Shown here: positions 7,304 to 14,988 of the stretch, in pieces | Layout: each line of letters opens with the position of its first letter | Position numbering within the stretch: the first letter of the stretch is position 1 | Assembly: GCA_964447495.1 (NCBI GenBank) | Contig: CAYUTF010000081.1 | Location: 1-14,988, forward strand | Source: an uncultured archaeon | Lineage (GTDB): Archaea > Asgardarchaeota > Lokiarchaeia > Sigyniarchaeales > SOKP01 | Direction of reading: 5' to 3' | Length of the DNA: 14,988 nucleotides | Notes under the pieces: model-generated | Databases searched by the model: none | Seen by the model: the letters and a program-made list of their open reading frames with translations, nothing else | Told to the model about the DNA's origin: nothing | Position numbers and translations under genes: made by a program

Positions 7304-8515
7304 ATGGAAGATATAAGGATTGATTTTAACTTTATAAGTCCAAAAATTATTTTTGGAAGGGGAAAAATAAAAGATCTAGGACAAGAAACTACATCAATTC
7401 TAAAGCATAGGAACTTAAAGAAATTCAATGTCTTTTTAGTTTCAGGCAAAGAATCATTAAAAAAAAGTGGGTATTTAGCGAAAATCGAAAATGTATTTGC
7501 AAAAGAAAGGATTATTCTTCATTTATATAGTGAAGTTGTTAAAGAGCCAGCAACCACGCTCATAAATAAAGGAAAAAACCTTGTTTTAGAAAATCAATGT
7601 CACTTAGTTATTGGAATTGGTGGTGGAAGTGTAATGGACACTGCTAAGGCAATAGCAGGATTGGCAACTAATGGTGGTATAGTGGAAGAGTACCATGCGG
7701 GAAAACAGTTTATCAAACCGCCTCTTCCATTTATTTTAGTACCAACTACCTCAGGAACCGGTTCAGAACTCACAAATAATGCGGTTATTAAGGATGAGAA
7801 ATTAGGGATTAAAAAAAGTATAAGAGGTTTGTGGGCAAACACCGCACTTTTAGACCCAGAAATCACATTAACACTCCCCAAAAAATATACAGCATATTCG
7901 GGTGCCGATGCTTTAGTTCAAGCTATCGAATCTTTTGTATCAAAAAGTGCTAATTTTATTTCTGATTTCTTTGCAAAAGAGGCAATAAAATTATTAGGAG
8001 AGAATTTACCAAAAGTCGTTGATAATTTAAAAGACATTGATATAAGGGAAAAAATGATGCTTGGAAGTTTATTTGATGCTCTTTCATTTTCTAATGGCAA
8101 ATTAGGTGCTGTTCATGGATTTGCCCACCCAATAGGAATAAAACATGACATCGCCCATGGTTTGATATGTGGTACACTTCTACCATATGTAATGGAATAT
8201 AATTTAGAGGTTAAATCCGCTGTAAAAAAATATGCATGGATAGCAGATACTTTTTACACGCAAAATGTACTACCTGGTTATGGAAATTGCCCTAAGCAAA
8301 TCCCTAAAGACAATCTGGGCAAAGCAAGATGGGTTATTGCAAAATTGCGTGATATTTTAAACTATATTGAAATTCCCATGCATTTGAATGAGATTGGGAT
8401 AAAAGAGAGTGATCTTGAGAATATTGTTCAAGATACAAGTGGCAGCTCTTTGCAAAATAATCCAAGAGATACGGATAGGACCTCTTTAAGAACCATTCTC
8501 CTAAATGCGTTATAG
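7304..8515 (+). CDS. Iron-containing (group III) alcohol dehydrogenase
   Basis: GIGGGSVMDTAK, VPTTSGTGSE, ALLDP, DALVQAIES, GAVHGFAHPIG, AHGL, and a C-terminal NNPR. Confidence 0.93.
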   Translation: MEDIRIDFNFISPKIIFGRGKIKDLGQETTSILKHRNLKKFNVFLVSGKESLKKSGYLAKIENVFAKERIILHLYSEVVKEPATTLINKGKNLVLENQCHLVIGIGGGSVMDTAKAIAGLATNGGIVEEYHAGKQFIKPPLPFILVPTTSGTGSELTNNAVIKDEKLGIKKSIRGLWANTALLDPEITLTLPKKYTAYSGADALVQAIESFVSKSANFISDFFAKEAIKLLGENLPKVVDNLKDIDIREKMMLGSLFDALSFSNGKLGAVHGFAHPIGIKHDIAHGLICGTLLPYVMEYNLEVKSAVKKYAWIADTFYTQNVLPGYGNCPKQIPKDNLGKARWVIAKLRDILNYIEIPMHLNEIGIKESDLENIVQDTSGSSLQNNPRDTDRTSLRTILLNAL

Positions 8516-8576
8516 TTAAAAAGTATATAGAACTATTTTATCAATAATTAGAGAAGATACATTCTGGTGTACTATC

Positions 8577-8915
8577 ATAAAAATTGTAAATGAAAATGAT
8601 TTTGAATTTCGAAATGGTGAGACTGGAGTCAAATATTTAATGCGGGGACCAAGCATTGATTGGGGTGTAATTTTGCTCAAACCAGGGGAATTTTTGGCTA
8701 AAAAACCCCATGGTCACAATGAAATTGATGAAACTTTTTATTTTGTTGAAGGTAAAGGTGTAATGATTATCGATAATAAAGAATATGATGCTCCCCAAGG
8801 AAGTGTGTTTCTGGTAGAACCTAAAGAGATGCATAATATCAAAAATACTTCAGAGGATTATGTAAAAATCATCTTTATTAAAGGAGATTTTAAACCGGAA
8901 GACAAAATTGAATAA
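8577..8915 (+). CDS. Cupin_2-type protein; probable start at ATA 8577 rather than ATG 8640
   Basis: Metal motif HGHNEIDETFYFVEG...VEPKEMHNIKN. The open frame extends upstream as (I/M)KIVNENDFEFRNGETGVKYLMRGP, with GGTG 7 nt before the ATA. Confidence 0.85.
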   Translation: MKIVNENDFEFRNGETGVKYLMRGPSIDWGVILLKPGEFLAKKPHGHNEIDETFYFVEGKGVMIIDNKEYDAPQGSVFLVEPKEMHNIKNTSEDYVKIIFIKGDFKPEDKIE

Positions 8916-8950
8916 TATTTATTTTTAAGAATAAATTATACAAACTAATC

Positions 8951-9331
8951 ATGGCAAAAAAAAAGACAGTTCAAAGGAAGAAAGGAAAAGGACCACAAGA
9001 AGAGCCGGTAATTACTCGAGTGAAATATCCCAAAAGAAGTTTAGGAGAAATGTTCGCAAGAGTGGTAGAAATTTATGGAAATGATCGTATGGGGGTATTT
9101 TGTGAAGATGGCAAACATAGAATCGGTAGAATTCGAGGGAAGATCAAAAAACGTGTATGGATTCGAAAAGGAGATTTAATTGTAATAAATCCGTGGGAAT
9201 TTGAAACGGAAACCACTGATAAACTGGGAAAGTGTGAAATTACTTGGCGTTATACTCGCGCGGAAATATCTTGGTTAGAAAGAAATAATAAAGTTCCTGA
9301 GATTTTAGATATTAATAACATTCCTCTATAA
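8951..9331 (+). CDS. eif1a: Translation initiation factor aIF-1A
   Basis: GEMFARVVEIYGNDRM...CEDGKHRIGRIRGKIKKRVWIRKGDLIVINPWEF...WRYT is the eIF-1A OB-fold signature. Confidence 0.96.
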   Translation: MAKKKTVQRKKGKGPQEEPVITRVKYPKRSLGEMFARVVEIYGNDRMGVFCEDGKHRIGRIRGKIKKRVWIRKGDLIVINPWEFETETTDKLGKCEITWRYTRAEISWLERNNKVPEILDINNIPL

Positions 9332-9512
9332 CCTTTCTAAAAGATTTATTATATTTATTAGAATTCCTTTACTAAGATGTTTTTTACTTACTTTATATGA
9401 AAACGATAAATTTTTTAATTTAAGTTTTCTTTAATATCTTAGACTTCTTATCCTAGAAATTTTTAATTCTTTAAATTAAGGAGAATTCAAATAAGGAAAA
9501 TGTGAGAAAAAA

Positions 9513-10259
9513 ATGGTCGATCAAGACGATGAAATAAAAAACGTAGTAAAAGAGCATGATTTAGAGACCTCTGAAGATATTGAAGATGTTGAGGATTTAA
9601 CAACTCTATTTGCTGTAAGGACAACCATCAACCAAGAAAGCAATATCTTGAAACAGATTTTCTATCGCTTCAAAATATTAGATGTTATTCCCGATATTAG
9701 AGCTATGCTTGTTTCTCCTCTACTTCCGGGCTATATATTTTTTGAAGCACCTCAGAAACGCGATGTGCAGATTGCTGTTCAAGGTATTCAACATATTAAA
9801 GGAAGGATTGTTCAAAATATACGATTGACAGAATTGAAGCACGTATTACTCCCACGAAGTGTCACCGAATATTTAGAAGAGGGAGATACCGTTGAAATTA
9901 TAAGCGGTGTATTTGAAGGTGCTAGAGCGGTGGTTATGCGCATGCCGCATGATACCTCAAGTAGTGAAGAAGTTGTTGTACGACTATTACAGGAGGAAAC
10001 TCCAATAACTATTAAAATTCATGGAGATTATTTAAAGCTTGTAGAGAAGAAGGAACCCACCAAGGAGGAAATTCCCGAAATCAAAGTCACTGCGGATTCT
10101 ATTATCACCGATTTGGAAAAAGCAATATCGTTTGATGATGAATTGGAAGACCTTGAAGAAGAATCTCAAGAAACTTCTAAAGCTGATAAATATGAGGAAT
10201 ATAATGATGATGAAGAGGAAGATGACGAGGATGAGTGGGCCAAATTCGATGGCTTTTAA
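9513..10259 (+). CDS. spt5: Transcription elongation factor Spt5/NusG (NGN+KOW) with acidic N- and C-terminal extensions
   Basis: FAVRTTINQE, LPGYIFFEA, GIQHIKG, KOW motif LEEGDTVEIISGVFEG, and PITIKIHGDYLKLV. Confidence 0.92.
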   Translation: MVDQDDEIKNVVKEHDLETSEDIEDVEDLTTLFAVRTTINQESNILKQIFYRFKILDVIPDIRAMLVSPLLPGYIFFEAPQKRDVQIAVQGIQHIKGRIVQNIRLTELKHVLLPRSVTEYLEEGDTVEIISGVFEGARAVVMRMPHDTSSSEEVVVRLLQEETPITIKIHGDYLKLVEKKEPTKEEIPEIKVTADSIITDLEKAISFDDELEDLEEESQETSKADKYEEYNDDEEEDDEDEWAKFDGF

Positions 10260-10503
10260 CTAATTTTTCAAATTTTTATTCTTAAGCGACATTAATAACA
10301 TTTTCGTTAATTTTGGTTTATCAGCTTCCCTATAATTGGAAAGCTTCAAAAAACTAATAAAGGTTTATGAAAATCTTTTTGTGTTTCTATTTTCCGTTAC
10401 CCCCGAATTTAAAAGCTTCGTAATAAAAGAATTTTTAAACATGAAATATCATTAGACAAGTATAGTTTAGATGAAGCCATAGAAAAAATTAAACTGAATT
10501 GTA

Positions 10504-11250
10504 ATGATTAAAAATATCTTCATAATGAAATCAACCGGAGAATTGATTTTTTACAAGACATATGAAGATATATTTAATATTAAACTCACAAGTAGTTTCC
10601 TTAGCGCAATCTTTTCTTTTGTTAAACAGACACTAAAGACAAAAGAATTATCAGAAATAGAAGTTGGCCCATTTAGATTTATCTTCGAAATTGAAAAAGC
10701 AAATTCGAGTGAATTAATGTTCGCACTATTCAGCGACCGAACAGATAATTTAGTTGAGTTACGGAATCAATTACGGGAAATTAAAAGCCAATTTTTAAGT
10801 CAATTTGACCTCCATTTACTAACTGAGAACTTTGATGGGGAGATTTCAATGTATCAGAATTTTGGGAGTAAAATTGACGATATCATGGAAAAAAGTAAAC
10901 AACTTGTATCTGAAGAAATTCAAAATGAATTAATAGAAGTATTTCAAGAATTACATACTTTTTCTACTTTTGTCATTTCTTCAGCGCTATTAACTCAAAC
11001 AGGAAGAGTTATCTTGTCATACCTCGATGCGAACGTGCTATCAGAGATAATACGGCTTTTGGAAAGTAGATTCATCATTGGAAATTCTCGAATCCATGAA
11101 TTAATCTCTCTTGAAGAATACGGCATCCTTTCTCTCGTTGGAATAGATAACTTCATTACCGTAATTCAATTTAAAAGTAAATGTCCCTTCGAATCCGCTT
11201 TAATTATATCCAAAAAATTCTCGAACAGACTGAAAAAACTAATAACGTAA
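10504..11250 (+). CDS. Longin-like N-terminal domain fused to a roadblock/LC7-like C-terminal domain
   Basis: MIKNIFIMKSTGELIFYKTY...SSFLSAIFSF...LSEIEVG is a longin-type start. ELIEVFQEL...VISSALLTQTGRVILSYL is a roadblock-type pattern. Recognised by pattern only. Confidence 0.7.
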   Translation: MIKNIFIMKSTGELIFYKTYEDIFNIKLTSSFLSAIFSFVKQTLKTKELSEIEVGPFRFIFEIEKANSSELMFALFSDRTDNLVELRNQLREIKSQFLSQFDLHLLTENFDGEISMYQNFGSKIDDIMEKSKQLVSEEIQNELIEVFQELHTFSTFVISSALLTQTGRVILSYLDANVLSEIIRLLESRFIIGNSRIHELISLEEYGILSLVGIDNFITVIQFKSKCPFESALIISKKFSNRLKKLIT

Positions 11251-11296
11251 TTTATGGCTATTATACTCTTTTTTAGTCTCTATATTGATGTATCAG

Positions 11297-11381
11297 ATGA
11301 CTAAAGAAATGTTGTTATAGAAACAGGTTAATAACGGTTTTATGAAAATTAGTGCTCTTCTTATAGGATTTCTACAAAAAA
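11297..11381 (+). repeat. Degenerate 85-bp direct repeat, copy A
   Basis: Ungapped match to 12622-12706 at 60/85 nt (manual count), including ATGACTAAA, TTAATAACG and AATTAGTGCTCT at identical spacing. Confidence 0.7.
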
Positions 11382-11429
11382 GCCTCCATTGACTTATTAC
11401 TTGATGAATTTGTTGTTTTGATTGCACGA

Positions 11430-11460
11430 ATACTCCCATATCTATTTAATATGGGAGTAT
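11430..11460. terminator. Perfect 12-bp hairpin between convergent genes; candidate terminator or 3'-end stabiliser
   Basis: ATACTCCCATAT-ctattta-ATATGGGAGTAT, followed by long T tracts (11466-11488). Confidence 0.55.
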
Positions 11461-11522
11461 AATCCTTTTTTATTTTCTTTTTTTTTTAATAAAATTTTAA
11501 AAAAATTAAATTAATTTAAATC

Positions 11523-12341
11523 TCACTTATTTTCGCTTTTAGTCTCATCAACTAGTTTTTGGATACCTTTTACTGTTAACACATCTGTAAAACCTGCTAC
11601 GGGAAGATTTGCTGGTACCATAATAATTGTGCTTTTACCCGTTACTGCTGCTTCATAGAGAAGGTTCATCCATCGTAATTCCATTGCTCTCTCATTTTTT
11701 AAATATTCATCGGCAGCCTCTACCATTTTGAATGATGCTTGCGCTTCAGCTGTTGCTAGAGTTACACGCGCTTGACGCTCCCTCTCCGCTTCAGCTTGCC
11801 GAGCCATCACATCAATTAAATTCTGAGGTAGAGTAACATCTCGAACCTCAACACTAGTGACTTTGATGCCCCATAATTCAGTTTTAGAATCAATTATTTC
11901 TTGTAAATGTATAGCAATTTTATCCCGTTCACTTAGTAATTCATTTAATTCCACTTTGCCCATAACTTCTCTCAATGTTGATTGAGCTGCCCAATTCGTT
12001 GCTACTAAGTATTCTTCAACTTGTAATAATGCTTTTTCTGGGTCTACAACTTTATAATATATTATTGCATCTACACTTATACTTACATTATCTTTTGTTA
12101 AGGATTGCTCACTCCTAAAGGTATAAGTTAGAACTCTGGTTGAGATCTTCATAGGTACCGTATAAATTCCTCTCAAATACCAAATCAAACCTGGCCCTTT
12201 TAACCCTTTATATCGACCAAATTTTAATAACGGCGCTTTTTCCCATTCCTTTATAATTTTAAACCCACTTACAATCCAAATAAAAATGATAAATGCAACA
12301 ATCGAGATTATGCTATAAATAGCTATTTGTCCTATTTCCAT
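11523..12341 (-). CDS. SPFH/band-7 (stomatin/slipin) membrane protein
   Basis: N-terminal TM, GPGL, LTKDNVSISVDA, AQSTLREVMG, ELLSERDKI, WGIKVTSVEVRDV, MARQAEAERE. Upstream GAGGT SD-like motif. Confidence 0.95.
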   Translation of the reverse strand: MEIGQIAIYSIISIVAFIIFIWIVSGFKIIKEWEKAPLLKFGRYKGLKGPGLIWYLRGIYTVPMKISTRVLTYTFRSEQSLTKDNVSISVDAIIYYKVVDPEKALLQVEEYLVATNWAAQSTLREVMGKVELNELLSERDKIAIHLQEIIDSKTELWGIKVTSVEVRDVTLPQNLIDVMARQAEAERERQARVTLATAEAQASFKMVEAADEYLKNERAMELRWMNLLYEAAVTGKSTIIMVPANLPVAGFTDVLTVKGIQKLVDETKSENK

Positions 12342-12621
12342 ATAATTACCTCTTGTATTTTTTTATAATATTAGATTAATACGAAAAACGGTCAGCTCAG
12401 TTAATAAAGATTGACCTAATAAATTCTAGAAATTTTTTCTGAGACAGAAAAAGGTCAACTGCTGAATATTATCGGTAATAATTCATATACTTTTGTGGAA
12501 ATCGATTAATTTTAATACCCAAATCCGTTGGAAAGAAAATAAAACTAATCTACTTTAATATATATAAAATAAACAAGTCTCAAAGTTCTCAATTTTGATG
12601 CGAATGAGATCGAAAAAATAT

Positions 12622-12706
12622 ATGACTAAAAAGCTACACTTGAAGATATAGATTAATAACGAGTTGATTAGAATTAGTGCTCTCATTGTATGATTATTGC
12701 TAAAAA
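12622..12706 (+). repeat. Degenerate 85-bp direct repeat, copy B
   Basis: Partner of 11297-11381; lies in the divergent intergenic region upstream of the stomatin gene. Confidence 0.7.
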
Positions 12707-12841
12707 TTCACTTTTTATTTCTTAATGCATCCAAATTTAGATATTTTATTTTAAAAACATTAAAAAGTTACATATTATTTTTCCACTTAATACTATTTCT
12801 CTTAAATACCAATAAAAAAATAAAAGGGTAGAATAGAAAAA

Positions 12842-14143
12842 ATGTCTGAACAAAAAACTAAATATATGGATAGAGCCATTAAACCTGAGATTCTTGAAAA
12901 AATGAGTCTTAAGAATCGTTACGCCTTTCTCAACACTAACTTAATGACTGTTCTTGAGCCAAAACATTTTAATTTCCTCAAACAAGCACAAAAGTTCTGC
13001 GTACGCTATGAAAAGAAAAACGAGATCATTCATGAATCAGATGAAGATTTATATAAGTGGATTCCTGATTTTGGCAAAGAAGGATTAATCTCACGGGCAC
13101 ATCCCTATACCGAAATTGATATGCAATTTCCTGATTATGGGATGACCATCGAGCTAATGCGCTGTCTTGCATTAAGCTTTTTTGATCCACAATTTTCTAT
13201 GGGTGGTGGGGCGACCGTGCTTGCAATTAACCCCGTTTATTTTCATCATGAAAATATCCCAATTCGATTGGAGATATTAAAGAGTTTCGTGACTGGAGAG
13301 ACTCCTGGGGCAATTCTCATTACCGAACCGGAGCGTGGCTCTGATGCGGTGCATCAATTAACAACCTGCACCCCGCAAGATGATGGGGGCTTTCTCATCA
13401 ATGGAGAGAAAATCTTTAGTACTAATGCACCAAAAGCGGGTTATGTCGTTGCATATGCTTCAGCTGAACCAAATAATGGAAATACGATGGCACAGTTTTT
13501 AATTGATACCTCTTGGGATGGATGGAAATGTAATCGAGTATTCATACCTTGGGTGCCACGCGTATGGATAGGTCACGAGCATTTAACCGATTTACGGATT
13601 CCAAAAGAGTATATATTAGGACCAGTAGGAAAAGGACGCGAACATCTCTTTGAGGGATTAGTGCCTGAACGAATAGGAATAGCTCTTGATGCTACTTCAC
13701 AATGTTGGAATGCTATAGCTCATGCTTCAATTTATGTCAACAATCGTAAGCAGTTTAACCAAGAAGTTTTAAAATTCCAAGGTGTTGGATTTACCCTTAC
13801 AGATCTCTGGGGACGCTTAACAAATGTGACGTTAGGATTGTTACGTTTCTGTGAGACTTACGATGCTAAGGTCGAGAAGTTTGGTGAAGAACTTCCGAAG
13901 AATATAAGCCAAGCTATGGTTGCCAGCGCTTCCCAATTCAAATATCATATAACTTCATTAGCACAGGAAATCTGTTATGAATGCGCTAATCTTATGGGTG
14001 GAGCAGGGCTTTGTGATAATACCTTAATGCACGATTTGATGAACATTTCCAGAATCCAGGAGATTGTGGGAGGATCTAGGCAAATACAATTATATATTTT
14101 ATCAATGGCCATGAGACAACTTTACAAAATGACTGGAATTTAA
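12842..14143 (+). CDS. Acyl-CoA dehydrogenase family protein
   Basis: LITEPERGSDA, INGEKIFSTNA, RKQFNQ...FQGV, NLMGGAG, EIVGGSRQIQ. Confidence 0.92.
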   Translation: MSEQKTKYMDRAIKPEILEKMSLKNRYAFLNTNLMTVLEPKHFNFLKQAQKFCVRYEKKNEIIHESDEDLYKWIPDFGKEGLISRAHPYTEIDMQFPDYGMTIELMRCLALSFFDPQFSMGGGATVLAINPVYFHHENIPIRLEILKSFVTGETPGAILITEPERGSDAVHQLTTCTPQDDGGFLINGEKIFSTNAPKAGYVVAYASAEPNNGNTMAQFLIDTSWDGWKCNRVFIPWVPRVWIGHEHLTDLRIPKEYILGPVGKGREHLFEGLVPERIGIALDATSQCWNAIAHASIYVNNRKQFNQEVLKFQGVGFTLTDLWGRLTNVTLGLLRFCETYDAKVEKFGEELPKNISQAMVASASQFKYHITSLAQEICYECANLMGGAGLCDNTLMHDLMNISRIQEIVGGSRQIQLYILSMAMRQLYKMTGI

Positions 14144-14282
14144 AATCTATTACTTTCCTTTCTTTTTTTCTTTTTTTTATTTTGTATGATGCTTTTTTAA
14201 TAAAAAAAAGGTATATTTAGGGCATAGCATAATAAAAAGTCGTACTAATAACAAAATATATCCTTTGATTTCAATAGTAAAG

Positions 14283-14296
14283 GAAAAGCTTAAATA
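14283..14296 (+). promoter_or_regulatory. Putative BRE-TATA promoter of the 14335 gene
   Basis: GAAAAGC-TTAAATA about 40 nt upstream of the ATG, with a GGGAG SD-like motif before the start. Confidence 0.5.
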
Positions 14297-14334
14297 GATG
14301 TATAGCAATTCAAATCAGAGAAGGGAGAGAAAAA

Positions 14335-14733
14335 ATGGAGAAGCCTAAGAATATCACCGATGAAGAATGGGTTAACTATCAATTGAAATTGAAAAATGGC
14401 AAACCATTTACCGATAAAGAATGGGAGCTATTTCAAAAGGAGTTAAATGAAGCAAGTTCTTACCAAAAAACAATCGGAGTGAACTTTTTTTCAAAAGGTT
14501 TTATCTTCGAAAAAAAAGATGATTCTTCAATTTATATATCATCAGATCCCGGGGGATATTTTCATACATCTAAATACAGGCATTATGATTATTCTTATTC
14601 TAATCCAGTATCGATGATTCCCAAAAAAGAACAGAGGTTTAAATTAACCAAAAAAACACAAAACATTTCTATTATTTTTTTTATTGTTGTAATTATCATA
14701 ATATTGGCGATAATATATTTTTTTAAACAATAG
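14335..14733 (+). CDS. Hypothetical protein with a single C-terminal TM helix
   Basis: 132-aa ORF with promoter and SD-like motif; C-terminal ISIIFFIVVIIIILAIIYFF. Confidence 0.7.
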   Translation: MEKPKNITDEEWVNYQLKLKNGKPFTDKEWELFQKELNEASSYQKTIGVNFFSKGFIFEKKDDSSIYISSDPGGYFHTSKYRHYDYSYSNPVSMIPKKEQRFKLTKKTQNISIIFFIVVIIIILAIIYFFKQ

Positions 14734-14898
14734 CGAAGTATTAACTGGTGATAATTATTGAAACAAGAGAATATAATAGACAAAAAATTCTCTTTTGTTT
14801 GATTATATAATAGTATCTAATGGTCTATATTTTCAAAAAGAAAATCTTTTCCAGTTTTTTCTTTATGCTGAATTAACTACAACCAATTATCAAGGAAT

Positions 14899-14988
14899 TT
14901 AGTAATAGGTATCAGGAATAGAAGGTTTTTTTGGAAAGAGAATTTGGATTAATTTTTCTGATTCTGGTTTTAACATTGAATCTTTGAT
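14899..14988 (-). CDS. Possible 3' end of a gene entering from the right window edge
   Basis: Open frame IKDSMLKPESEKLIQILFPKKPSIPDTYY* runs off the edge; too short to confirm. Confidence 0.35.
   Translation of the reverse strand: MKDSMLKPESEKLIQILFPKKPSIPDTYY

Noticed and set aside
7600-8834. Minus-strand ORFs 7600-7881, 7918-8100 and 8637-8834
   Set aside because: Antisense to the well-supported ADH and cupin genes.
10201-10259. DDEDEW resembles the WASP-family acidic Arp2/3-binding motif
   Set aside because: No WH2 or central helix is recognisable, and the match is low-complexity and lies in a transcription factor.
12390-12416. GGTCA-N17-TGACC inverted repeat upstream of stomatin
   Set aside because: The arms are too short to distinguish from chance.
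12622-12670. AUGA...AAA...GA as a eukaryote-type SECIS element
   Set aside because: No supporting helix could be drawn, and no in-frame UGA selenoprotein candidate was seen in the window.
14595-14783. 62-aa minus-strand ORF
   Set aside because: Overlaps the TM-coding end of 14335-14733; an AT-rich shadow.
1-14988. CRISPR arrays, transposases, integrases, 16S/23S rRNA
   Set aside because: No regularly spaced repeats or matching motifs were seen; the 5S is not linked to other rRNA genes in this window.

Overview
AT-rich archaeal window, most likely from an Asgard archaeon of the Lokiarchaeia type. This is inferred from aIF-1A, archaeal Spt5, two Rab-like GTPases and a longin/roadblock protein. 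The protein genes are a C25 gingipain-like membrane protease, a PAS-PAS-GAF-PAS sensor, two cupins, Rab-like GTPase/PIN/Rab-like GTPase, Fe-ADH, aIF-1A, Spt5, longin-roadblock, stomatin, acyl-CoA dehydrogenase and two membrane hypotheticals. The outstanding observation is a circularly permuted 5S rRNA gene at 2487-2606, where the 3' half of 5S precedes the 5' half. It is bracketed by a bulge-helix-bulge-like splicing motif (CCGG/CCGG helix) and a long flanking processing stem. Canonical archaeal endonuclease cleavage plus ligation would give an exactly 120-nt circle that restores the conserved CCGAACCCGGAA|GUUAA sequence. Secondary observations: a probable ATA start codon, Spt5 with acidic extensions, and an 85-bp degenerate direct repeat flanking the stomatin gene. 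All family calls come from motif recognition; no searches were run.
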